NCBI GenBank assembly: GCA_951406725.2
Contig: OX597815.1
Location: 87,172,001-87,236,000 of the forward strand
Reading direction: 5' to 3'
Origin: Octopus vulgaris
Lineage: Eukaryota
Length of the DNA: 64,000 nucleotides
The notes beneath the pieces were generated by a model that ran no database searches, was not told the DNA's origin, and saw nothing but the letters and a program-made list of their open reading frames with translations. The position numbers and the translations under genes were made by a program. Shown piece by piece: positions 12,694 to 23,825 of this stretch. Within the stretch, counting starts at the first letter, position 1. Each line of letters begins with the position of its first letter.

Positions 12694-12822
12694 CTGCTCT
12701 ATCTTAATTTTCTTGGCTGCTGTCTTTGATTCCATTGCTTGGTTGCATTCTACCTTTTCAGCTTGCTGTTTCTGCTGGCGAGTCAGCCCATCCAGGTCTT
12801 GTTCATAAGTTTTCAAAAGACC
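12694..12822 (-). CDS. SLK: SLK exon: GLLKTYEQDLDGLTRQQKQQAEKVECNQAMESKTAAKKIKIEQ
   Basis: ttttgcAG acceptor, GTGAGG donor, 129 nt, phase 0-0. Resembles SLK 'YDQEIENLEKQQKQTIERLEQ...AKRIK.EQ'. Confidence 0.93.
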
Positions 12823-13345
12823 CTGCAAAACAAGAAATTAAATAGGTCGTTAGAATTATAGTACGGAGTAATATGAGTACATGCACCCACAAACATGCAC
12901 AAACATTTGCAAATGCACAGACACATACACACAAGAATACAAAGGAAACGTGAAAACACACTTCACAAAGATTAGATTTCAATTAAGACAGAGCATGTTC
13001 AACCTGCACTGCCATACCATTCACACATCCCATTACACTACAGAACTACACACACGTCATCTTACACAATGCTACTCGCTCACACATCATGCTTTGCTAC
13101 AACACTGCTCATACATGTACACTAGAATACTTCTTACATTCCATATTATACTGCAATTTTGGTGTTTTAAAATTTAAAAACAACCAAATAAAATAACTCC
13201 AATAATATTAGGTAATCAATGTTTTTGGAAAATAAAGCAATGCAAATGGTACTGGATCTTGTCTTTAAAGCAACAGGTGTATTTCCATCTTATTAAATCT
13301 CTTCAGAGAAGCATATTTATTTTCACTAGTAAGACTTAAAAGTGA

Positions 13346-13380
<35 letters not shown>

Positions 13381-13383
<3 letters not shown>

Positions 13384-13692
13384 GGTAAAGACCCCATTTG
13401 GTCATGAATGACCATGGGATTGCACCTAGAAAGTTCCTCTCCAAGCCACAAGTCCAGGCAAGGCTGTTTATAGAAGACCAGCAGCCACTCATGCATACCA
13501 GCCTCCCCTCTACATGCCACTGATGTAATCCAAGAGAAAGGCAAACGCTGATACAGCTTGGCACCAGTGACGTCGCAACTCATCTCTACAGCTGAGTGGA
13601 CTGAACCAACGCAATGTGAAATAAAAGTTTTGCTCAAGAACACAACACATAGTCTGGCCCAGGTGCTCTAACCACTGAGCCATGTGCCTTCA
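13381..13692 (-). mobile_element. tRNA-derived SINE (family C-like)
   Basis: tRNA-like head at the right end. Core 'cagctgagtggactg..gtgaaataaa..ttgctcaag.acacaac' is shared with 59106-59160. Flanked by (TA)n. Confidence 0.75.
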
Positions 13693-13706
13693 TATATATA
13701 TATATA

Positions 13707-13992
13707 TCACCGTGACCGACCAGGCTATCAGATGTTGCTACACATCGCTGGTCACAATGTGCTTTACATTGTTTTAGCCTTCAAATGACACCACCCCACT
13801 GGCTAAGCGAGCAGGCCAACAGAAGAAAGAATGAGAGAAAGTTGTGGCAAAAGAGTAAAAAAGAGATCCCACCCCCACCCTGCTGGAGCCTCGTGGAGCT
13901 TTAGGTGTTTTCGCTCAATAAACACTCACAACGCCCGGTCTGGGAATCGAAACCGCAAGTCTGCTGCCCTAACCACTGGGCCATTATGCCTC

Positions 13993-13996
<4 letters not shown>
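13707..13996 (-). mobile_element. tRNA-derived SINE (family D)
   Basis: Minus-strand head ...ggcccagtggttagggcagcagacttgcggtttcgattcccagacc has A/B-box-like elements. Flanked by (TA)n on both sides. Confidence 0.75.
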
Positions 13997-14041
<45 letters not shown>

Positions 14042-14594
14042 AGTATAGAGCTGCCCACTATAGCATTAGTAAAATATAAAATTGATGATTGCTTTCATCA
14101 TATCGACCATCAGTATGATGAAGGTGGTGGTGGTGATGATGACAGCAATGATCATGATGATGATGTATACAGATAGATGATATGGAAGTGATAAAAATAA
14201 ATTCTGAGAAAAGGTTGTGAAAAGGTCATGTGTTCACAATCTTTGGTGGTTGTATGGAAAGCAGCTTGTTTCATTTGCAGGGAGAATGCCAAAGAGATAG
14301 GAGGTGTTAAGTAAAGACTATCTAATTTCATTGAAAGACATTTCCATAACAGAGCAATATTTATAGAGCTGGCAATGACTGGACTGTTAAATCAATACCA
14401 GTTTCTCTCCAGAAAGCTTCATTTTGCTTAAACCATTGCTTTCACTAAATATTTGTCTCCTCCCATTCACAGAAGCTAATTACTTTGAAAGCAATCAAAT
14501 TTGGTGTATTAAGGAAAAGCAAACAATTAAATGAAGCAATTTCTTTCTAGATTAACTCACACATACATACACATGTGCATTCACCATCACACAC

Positions 14595-14640
<46 letters not shown>

Positions 14641-14850
14641 GGTTACTTCAATAACTTCTGCTTGTCTAAAACAACCAAGGTTATACAACCACCACTCAAT
14701 ACAACTCTCGTTTTGCTGTTGCTCTTGTTGTGTCTTATCTTCCAGACTCTGTACTAAGGTCATTGCTGAATATATACTATACCTAAGCTGATAGTTTACT
14801 GAGAATACAATAGAACTAGAGATACATGCAAAAAGAAAAACTTGACATAC

Positions 14851-14974
14851 CTGCATTTCCATTTCAAATTTCTTATCTTGGAGTTCTTTTGCAACCTGGG
14901 CCTTAACAATAAGAGCTTGATATTGTTTGTTTTCAGATTTCTGTAAACGTTTCATTTCACGGAGATCTTGCTTC
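14851..14974 (-). CDS. SLK: SLK/Slik kinase coiled-coil region, first exon visible in the window: (R)KQDLREMKRLQKSENKQYQALIVKAQVAKELQDKKFEMEMQ
   Basis: Acceptor ttctctcttgtAG at 14976-14975, donor GTATGT at 14850; 124 nt, phase 2 to 0. Resembles vertebrate SLK 'RRQELRELR.LQKEE' at the start of the coiled coil. Confidence 0.93.
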
Positions 14975-16795
14975 CTACAAGAGAGAAAATAAGAAAAAAA
15001 TTGGAAAATTAAACTAACGAAATCAGCTCAAATTTATTTGAAATTAAGTGCAATTTCATAAATATCTGAACTCTTCAGAGATAGTGAATGGATTAACAAG
15101 TTTTTTCATTGAACTTACATGTTAAGAAGTGCAGTAGTATAGAGTAGAAGACTTTAGGTCATAAACACACTGTAAAACGTTGATATACATATGAAATAAT
15201 TATAATTTCAAACACAGGCACAAGGTCACATATTTCAGGGGAAGAATAAAGTTGGTTTATACTTTGTTTATAATAATGACAGTGATAATAATAAACTTAC
15301 TACATTAAAAGAAATCCTTACTAGACACGGTCACATCCAACACAAGACACTTTCAATTCAATTGCTCAATATACAATACAATCTTCAGTCAATCAAATAA
15401 CACCACCTATATTGGACATTTCTCTACAAAATCACTATCCAATAATATAACACAGCACATACACTAACAGAATAAACACTCGATACAACACAACCGACAC
15501 ACCACCCACAAAAGCTCACACAACTCATATTCTATGCAACTCTCACTCAATAATATAACTCAACTCATACAGCACATATTCTGCACAATCACCACCCAGC
15601 AACTGGTGGAACAGTGGAAACTTGTATCAAACCATTGAAATGTTGATGACAATGAAAATGATGATGGCAATGATGATGATATATGTGTTTTAAATAGTGA
15701 CTGACTACCATGACGCAACAGAATGATGAGCATTCTCTAAGGTTTGAAGATTAAGTATAAAGATCACCAAAAGAACACAGAGAAGACAAAAGAAAAATAA
15801 AATAATCAAACCAATCAAAATTTAGCATTTATAAATGCATGATCAGAGATAATACATCAAATGTCAATATATTTCAGAAAATCAGAAACATAATTTGATC
15901 AGATTCTATATAACTAAAAGCAGTTTGCCAAAAATGAACAGCTTCTACTATCTTAGATTTAGAATCCAACACCCTCACTGAATAATTTGAACATTTTGAC
16001 CAGTAATTTACAAAATAAAAAGCAAAGAACAAAAAAAAACAGAAAAAGAAAATAAAAGCCAATAATTATGGGGCTTTTAGAATATCACTTGTATGCTTTA
16101 AAGAATTTATTTAAGTCAGCTAGTTATTTATTCATTGTACAACCCATCTTCACTACTTGCCCTTCTTAGCAATCCATTTATTTCTATAATCCAGTTAAGA
16201 CTAGAACCAGACAACAAACTCAAATCAAGAACTATTGATTGGTCGGTTGAAGCAGCAGAACAAATATCAAAAACTATTGCATTTTTTATAAGCAGATCTA
16301 ATAGCTTAAAACACCCATGTATTTTTGCCAAATACTAGGAGCCCCAGATGGAGTGAACAGACCTTTTAGATTGCATAATTGGCTACTATGAATGTTGTTG
16401 TTGTTGTCGTCGTCGGTGGTGGTGCGAGGAAAACACAAAAAGCCCTACATTGAATTATATATGCATGTTCCACACTAAAAAGCTGAGTCAGTCAGAAATT
16501 AACCTAATTAATCTGCTTAAATTATGTATGCGTTTATATGGGTTCTTGGAGGTGTTTGTTTATACATACGGGTGCTTGGTTATATGTATGTGTTGAGTGA
16601 TGGGAAGCGCGGGGGAAATGAGAAATGCATCTGTCTATCTAATGAAGGGAATGTGTGGGTTTGCACATAAGAACAAAGATACGTGCATACATTTTCAACA
16701 GAAATTGTGTCTGTAACTGGAGGAGAAAATATTGCACCTATATGTGCAGAAAAGAAAACCTCTCTTTCGTCTGTTTGAATGTGTGTGTGTGTGTA

Positions 16796-16826
<31 letters not shown>

Positions 16827-17145
16827 CAGCTGCTGTTTATATGTGCATTTATATGAGAAAGTATGTACAGAACATACAAGATAAATAAAAATAACCAAAC
16901 CAATTCACCATAAGCTAGCATGATCAACTGGAGAACACGATGTAAAAGAAGAAAAATGATTTCAGCATAATATAAACAGCAGTCATTATTCTGAGAATTC
17001 TAGCAAATAGTTGATAATGGACAGCTTAGTTCAGTCAGAATTTATTCATGACTAACCGATTCTTTAGAAGTGAAGTGGCATTCAGTTGCCAATATCATTT
17101 TGATCTCAAAAGTACAATATTTCCACTGATGCAATATACTACAAC

Positions 17146-17184
<39 letters not shown>

Positions 17185-18120
17185 GCAACAACAATAGCAC
17201 CAGCACAATCCTTTCAACTTTTGGAGACTTTGAAGGACATGATTATTGCCAAAGAGAAACAACATAATATTATAATGCAAGGTAAACTTGTCTGGTTCTG
17301 TGTTTGTGTGTGAGTATGTGAACAGATGCAAGTATGTATGTAAATGAATACATAAATACAAACATACACTTCGACATATATTAGTATATATACATGCATG
17401 TATGTATGTGCATATATATGTGTGTGCGAGAGAGAGAGACAGTATTTATGTATGTGTGCTTGCGAACACACACACATACACACACATGCATGCATACATG
17501 CATGTACAGAGTCTGCCCTAGAAAGCCTGGTGTTTCTTTAAATAGCAATAATTTAACTGACTGAACTAGAATGATCATTTGTGTTGTAGAGTTGATATCA
17601 TTTCACTCGCTGTGAAGCAATGATATGCTTTGTCAAAGTACATGCGTGATTGAGACATTTTCAAAATTGGAGACTCGATCACTCAAATGCAGTAAAAAAT
17701 TTTGTTTGAATTTTAATGTAGGCCATCATGAAAATATGGCCTAGACAGAATGCAATATTGCTATGGATACAAAACATCAGGTCAACTGGCTCAGCATTGA
17801 AAAAGGATGTCATTAGGCGTACAAACTGTTTAGATACTAGAGAATATCAAGGGTATTTGACAGGCTACATTGAACAGACTTTGTCATTTTGCATCAAAGC
17901 ATAGTGCTATACTAGGTAGACATCTCAAATCACAGTGTACAATCATAATTTTATACAAATAAAAATTTAAGTCACCTTGGCTTAAATTCTTATCCTATGA
18001 AATAAATCAGAGCAATTCAAAAATGTCATTGGACTCATCTTCCTTATTTGTGCATCAATATATTGACAACTATACTATCATTATGCCATTGATGGTTATA
18101 TCTGAAGAATTTTTATATAT

Positions 18121-18475
18121 AGGTGCAGGCATGGAAGCTTGCTTACCAACCACATGCTTCTGGGTTCAGTCCCACTGTGTGGCACCTTGGGATAGGGCTT
18201 CCTACTATAACCTTGGGTCAATCAAGGCCTTGTGAGTGGATTTGGTAGACAGAAACTGAAAGAAGCCTGTTGTATATGTGTGTGTGTGTTTGTCCCCTAC
18301 CACTGCTTGAGAACTGGAGCTGGTGCATTTACATACCTGTAAATTAGCAGTTCAGTAAAAGAGAGCAATAAAATAAGTACTAGGCTTTAAAAAACAAGTC
18401 CCAGGTTCAATTTATTTGACTAAAATCCTTCTAGACAGGGCCCCAACATGGCCACAGTCAAATGACTGAAGAAAC
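18121..18475 (+). mobile_element. Near full-length SINE family A
   Basis: ggtgcaggcatgg..gggttcagtcccactg..gcaccttggg..gccttgtgagtggatttggtagac, an internal (TG)n and a 3' part shared with 6124-6256. Partial copies at about 22685, 45481, 46800, 52361 and 63330. Confidence 0.8.
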
Positions 18476-18554
18476 ACACACACACACACACACTTATAAT
18501 CAAACAGGCTTGAAGGAGGCTAGTGCTGGTCTGCATCAGCAAGACATGCCATAA

Positions 18555-18800
18555 ATTTGATAAAAATAGTACACTGAACTTGGTGTGATGAGTGGGAAAT
18601 CCAACATTTTGGAGAGTACCTTTCTTCAAGGAAAGTTAAAAGAAGAGAAATAAATGATAGACAGTAGTTTTAACTTGGATGTAAAAATCTGCTTTATCTC
18701 ATTTATTTCTCTCCTTTCAAATTTTCCCTGAAGAAGGACACTGTCCAAAACAAAATTTCCACTCCTCATGGTATGTTCACTGTACTCTTTTCATCAGTTT
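18555..18800. repeat. Imperfect ~110 bp-arm inverted repeat with decayed hammerhead-like cores (possible Penelope-like pseudo-LTR pair)
   Basis: Paired segments gtacactgaac/gttcactgtac and gagaaataaatga/tcatttatttctc. CTGAAGA-A-GGAC-act-GTCC-AAAAC at 18728-18751. Confidence 0.55.
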
Positions 18801-19046
18801 TACTATTCTTTTTTTCTCTCTCTCTCTCTCTCATACATATATATATATATATATATATAACACCAAGTAAGTTAGGGGTTGTGGATCCAACCCACTAAGG
18901 GATAATACTTATCCAATATACTGTTGGTATAACACCCAAATTATTAATACACAAGTGTTTTTAATTGCAATGCAATTAACTTACTTATTGTATTAAATGG
19001 GTGAAGGTAAAGAAATATTTTACCATTAATATATATATATATATAT

Positions 19047-19840
19047 ATATAAAATCTGAATGGAGGCAATATGAACGGAAAACTAGAGGAACATGGCCTA
19101 TTATCCAGCAGAATATTCAGTATATATGTGTACTTTCTTTGACATTAATAAAGCAATATAAGGTTCCAAATAATAGTTGTATTAAAAACCGACAAGCATA
19201 TAAACATATAAATATTTAAAAACACGCAAATATTTTAAAATATTAAAAAATATGTAGGCATTTTGAAAATAGAAAACATCGATATGATATAAGACACAGT
19301 GAATTATTAATTCACACGATATGATACAAAGGAATAAAAATTTACAAGTTACAACACGAAGGCCAGTGGAAAGTTTGAAATTATAAAACATTAAAAGGAC
19401 ATACTAAAATGCGAAGATAATGTTCAATGGATCCAAAGTGCCTACGTATTTATAAACATTTAAAAATATTTTTAAATACCTACGTGTTTTTAAATATTTT
19501 ATATGCTTGTGCTGTAACTTGTAAATTTTTATTCCTTTATATCATATCGTGTGAATTTATAATTCACTATGTCTTATATTATATCGCCGTTTTTTTATAT
19601 CTATTTATGTGTTTATATATTTTTTTAAATGCCTATGTATTTTTCAATAGTTTAAAATATTTGCATGTTTTTAAATATTTATATGTTTATATGCTTGTAT
19701 GTTTTTAATACAACTATTATTTCGAACCTTATATTGCTTTATTAATGTCAAAGAAAATACACATATATACTGAATATTCTGCTGGATAATAGGTCATGTT
19801 CCTCTAGTTTTCCATTCGCATTTCCTCCATTCAAATTATA
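19047..19840. mobile_element. Foldback/MITE-like element with ~310-335 bp inverted arms and a ~145 bp spacer
   Basis: 19051-19360 is the reverse complement of 19505-19840, also seen as shared peptide in ORFs 19182..19391(-) and 19427..19708(+). Ends lie in TATA context. Confidence 0.85.
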
Positions 19841-19942
19841 AATTGGAACTTAGCTCAAGTTGAGCACTTCGATTCTAGCCTGTTTCTGAGTATTGTTAAT
19901 GCTAACAATCTCTATATAAAATAGTATCATTTATATATATAT

Positions 19943-20980
19943 AGTTAACCAGATGATACATGAAGGAGTCATACCTAATGACTGGTGTAGCAGTACCATA
20001 CTCAACTGCTACAAAGGTAAAGGTGACACTTTAGGTACAAATAACTTCAGAAGTATCAAGGTGTTGGATCAGGTAATGAAGGTCACGGAGAGGGTCATAG
20101 CCCAACTAATTAGGGAGCGACTCAGTCTAGATGAGATGCAGTTTGGGTTCGTGCCAGGGAAAAGCACCACTGATGCTATATTTCTAGTAAGACAACTGCA
20201 AGAGAAATACTTAGCCAAAGATAAACCTCTGTACTTGGCTTTCGTTGACATGGAGAAAGCCTTTGACAAGGTACCCCGATCATTTATCTGGTGGTCACTG
20301 AAGAAACTAGGGATAGATGAATGGTTAGTGAGAGCTGTGCAAGCCATGTATAGGGATGCTGTCAGTAAGGTGAGGGTTGGCAATGAGTACAGTGAGGAAT
20401 TCTAGGTAGGGGGCCACCAAGGATCAGTTGTCAGCCACCTCGTATTCATCATGGTCCTCCAGGCAATAACAGAGGAATTCAAAACAGGATGCCCCTGGGA
20501 GCTCCTCTATGCTGATGACCTTACTCTAATTGCTGGGTCACTATCGGAACTAGAGGAAAAGTTTCAGGTGTGGAACCAAGGATTAGAGTCGAAGGTCTTC
20601 ATAAGTAGGAAGGCAGACAAACCACAAATCCCTTCAGGTAGATGGCCCTGCTCAATCTGTAGGAAAAGCATAGGTAGTAACTCCATAAGATGTACCCAGT
20701 GTAAGCTATGGACACATAAGAGGTGCAGCAATATCAAATGAAGGCTAACTGGGAAGATAGTTTTTATGTGGCAAATGCTCAGGTGCTATAAACACTGAAA
20801 ATGTGCAGAGAACATCTTCTGTCATATTCCAGGAAGAAAAACTACAAGTAGTTGATAGCTTCCATTACTTAGGGGACCAATCCGTAGCAGGGGTGGATGT
20901 CCTGAAAGTGTAGTTGTTAGAATAAGAATAACCTGGGCCTTACTGAGGCAATGACTAGTGACCGAGGCCTTTGGAGATAT
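19943..20980 (+). mobile_element. 5'-truncated, internally deleted RTE-clade LINE reverse transcriptase (pseudogenised)
   Basis: Motifs 'YKGKGD...NFRSIKVL', 'QFGFVPGKSTTDAIF', 'AFVDMEKAFDKVP', 'HQGSV.S' and 'LLYADDL'. Stops at 20403-20405 and 20739-20741, plus frameshifts. Confidence 0.93.
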
Positions 20981-21021
20981 GTCCGTTGATGATCACAGTC
21001 ACCACTCTCGGTATTTTGTGA

Positions 21022-21523
21022 ATGCCAGTGGGTGTAACCACTTATGAGTACCCCTCATTCATTGGACAATAAACTTTGCTTGCGAAGACCTACTGAGGCA
21101 AGTGGAACGTTAAAAGCACATCTGAGCGTGATCGTTGCCAGGGCCACAGATTGGCTCCTGTGCCAGTGGCACATAAAAAGCACCATTCATTGCCAGCGTC
21201 ACCTTACCGGCACATGTACCAGTGCCACGTGAAAAACAACATTCGAGTGTGGTCATTGCCAGTGCCGCCGGACTGGATCACATGCAGGTAGCACATAAAA
21301 AACACCTTTTGAGCGTGGTCGTTGCCAGAACCGCCTGACCAGCCCTCATGCCGGTGGCACGTAAAAGCACCCACTACACTCTCGGAGTTGTTGGCATTAG
21401 GAAGGGCATCCAACTGTAGAAACTTTGCCAGATCAGATTGAGCCTGGTGTAGCCTTCTGGCTCACCAGTCCTCAGTCAAACTGTCCAACCTATGCCAACA
21501 TAGAAAGCAAACGATGATGATGA
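21022..21523 (+). mobile_element. RTE 3' UTR with ~60 bp tandem subrepeats and (GAT)n tail
   Basis: Five degenerate 'gcacgtaaaagcacc..gagcgtg.tcgttgccag' units, then ggcattaggaagggcatcca..ctgtagaaac, shared with the other tail copies. Confidence 0.8.
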
Positions 21524-21557
21524 CACACACATATACAGACATGTATGCACACGCACG

Positions 21558-21624
<67 letters not shown>

Positions 21625-23767
21625 CGGCAAACATTACATTTATATCCTTGTAAATGTACATTTCATTTAATGCCTGACTGTTTTGATTTCACTTCAATTA
21701 GAATTCAAAAAACAGTTTGAGCCTTTTTTTTTTTTTTTTTTTAAATATATACTTTCAGTTCAATCCCAGACAGACCAACAATTAATTTCATAGTCACACT
21801 TACAGCTCATAAAATAAACTACAAATATTTCCTTTTGAAATGATCTGAGCAACGTTGATGATCACAGTCCCCACTCTCGGTATTTTGTGACCTTATCATG
21901 TCACTGCCAAATCAAAACACACAAGCATGACACAAAATACATTTCTGCTAGTATTCAAAGTGATATCAAAGTTTGATGTGCGCCAGTATATCTAATGTGC
22001 AAGATACATTCCATCACAGATACTTTGTATTGTAGTCATTACTCAAAAGCCTCAACAAGTAAATGTGGATGATAATTTTTCAGATTATTAATCTTGTCTT
22101 CAGAGATTAAAGATTTTTTTTAATATTTCCATCTGCACTAGGAGAACTAATTATAATTTTATAAACAACAATTCACCTCAAACATTTCAAAGAAGGAACA
22201 TGTCACAAGTCTCAACAGATTCAAATATCTCTATTCTCTTTCATATAAATACACTTAGCATTATCAAGTTTTACTTTGTTTAAAAATGAAAGGATCAATT
22301 ATTTATAATGATACTGAACAATAATTCATTCATTCATTCATTTATTCATTCATTCACACACACAAGCAATATGAGTTACTTTGATTCTCACACAATTACA
22401 AAATAGCTCGTGTAAGTCTTCATCAACACTTCCACCACCCACACAACATTCATCATCGACTGACCAATACCATGACTACTGTCATCATCTGAGTGATACT
22501 ACAAATATTAATGCCACTGTCATCAGCTACAAAAGAAATTAGAAAGGCAGAAACTATGACAACACAAGTGATGATGATGATGACAGGAATAGATATAATA
22601 ATGGTAGAGATAAAGTTAACTCCAGCATGATAATTTTGATAATTTAAGCAATGTAAAATAGAAACTGTATGTGTGTGTACAAGATGCAGGCATGGCTACA
22701 TGGTTGAGAAATTAGCTTCAGGTTCAATTTTACTGTATAGCACCTTGGGGCAAGTGTCTTCTTCTATAGCTGAGCAAAGCCTTGTAAGTGAATTTGTAGG
22801 TATGAACTAAAAGGCCATCATGTGTGTAATTATTTCCACCTGCAATCACTTGTACTAAAGTTACAACAGCAGCAGGAGTCAATTCCTTTTTTAAAAAATT
22901 GTCCAGTCACTTCATATCATCAAAGCTATGTGGAATAAGAGATCCCTTGTTTGAAAAACAAGTGATGGTTGGCAGCAGGAAGCATGTCTGGTGGTAAAGC
23001 AATACCTCATATAACATTCACCCAACGCATGCAAGCATGGAAAAACAGACATAAAACAAACGAACAAACATATATAAATTGTTATTGAGTAACAAATACT
23101 ATTTGCTTATCAACACTGTTATTACATTTGTAGAGTTCTGAATAACCTTGTGCAAATTCCACAAAATAGACACTAGTTTCCAAGGTTAAACTCCTGCTTA
23201 AGATGATAGAAAATATGCCAGTTATATAATACACCTGAACACAATGTGTCACCCAGTCCATGAATTGAAACCGCAACCTTACGATCATGAGTCCAACACC
23301 TTAACCACAAGACCACATACCTTCACTAATTCTTGAGAAGTACTTGGATAGATTTAATCGACTATTGCCTCCCCACAAAATTTCTTACTTTGTACCTAAA
23401 TTATTATTATAACGTGCAATGTTAAGCAGCAATTATTTTTATTAGCAACAAGAGTAAAAAAAATTTAAGAAATAACATTACCAACATATAAACAGATCGA
23501 CAATACATAAGGTATAATAAATATAATACATAAAAATAGTACGTAATAGTATGAATACTTGAAGATAAAAGAAGATAATATCTCAAGGAGGATGAAGGAT
23601 CATTATCATGCCAGTTGCCCTCCACCTGCAGCAACCACTAGGTGAAACTAAAGGGTCACATTGTTTGTTAACAAATTTAGTATAGTCACCCACCTTTCAT
23701 AAAATTTACCTGAGAGCAGATTTGAATAATAATAGTATTACTATTAATAATAGTAGTATTCCACTAC

Positions 23768-23811
<44 letters not shown>

Positions 23812-23825
23812 ATGATGATGATGAT
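23768..23825. repeat. (TAG)n/(GAT)n microsatellite
   Basis: Direct inspection. Confidence 0.9.

Noticed and set aside
17580-17900. Possible mariner C-terminal remnant ('GYIE')
   Set aside because: The similarity is too weak to call without a search.
20069-20383. 104 aa minus-strand ORF
   Set aside because: It is the antisense shadow of the RTE reverse transcriptase.
21100-21380. CRISPR-like repeat-spacer array
   Set aside because: The units are degenerate tandem repeats inside a LINE tail, the DNA is eukaryotic and no cas genes are present.
22380-22526. 147 nt minus-strand exon with a strong acceptor (tttcttttgtAG) and GTAACT donor
   Set aside because: It has stops in all three frames, so it is not a coding cassette. 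A UTR or poison-exon role cannot be supported from sequence alone.
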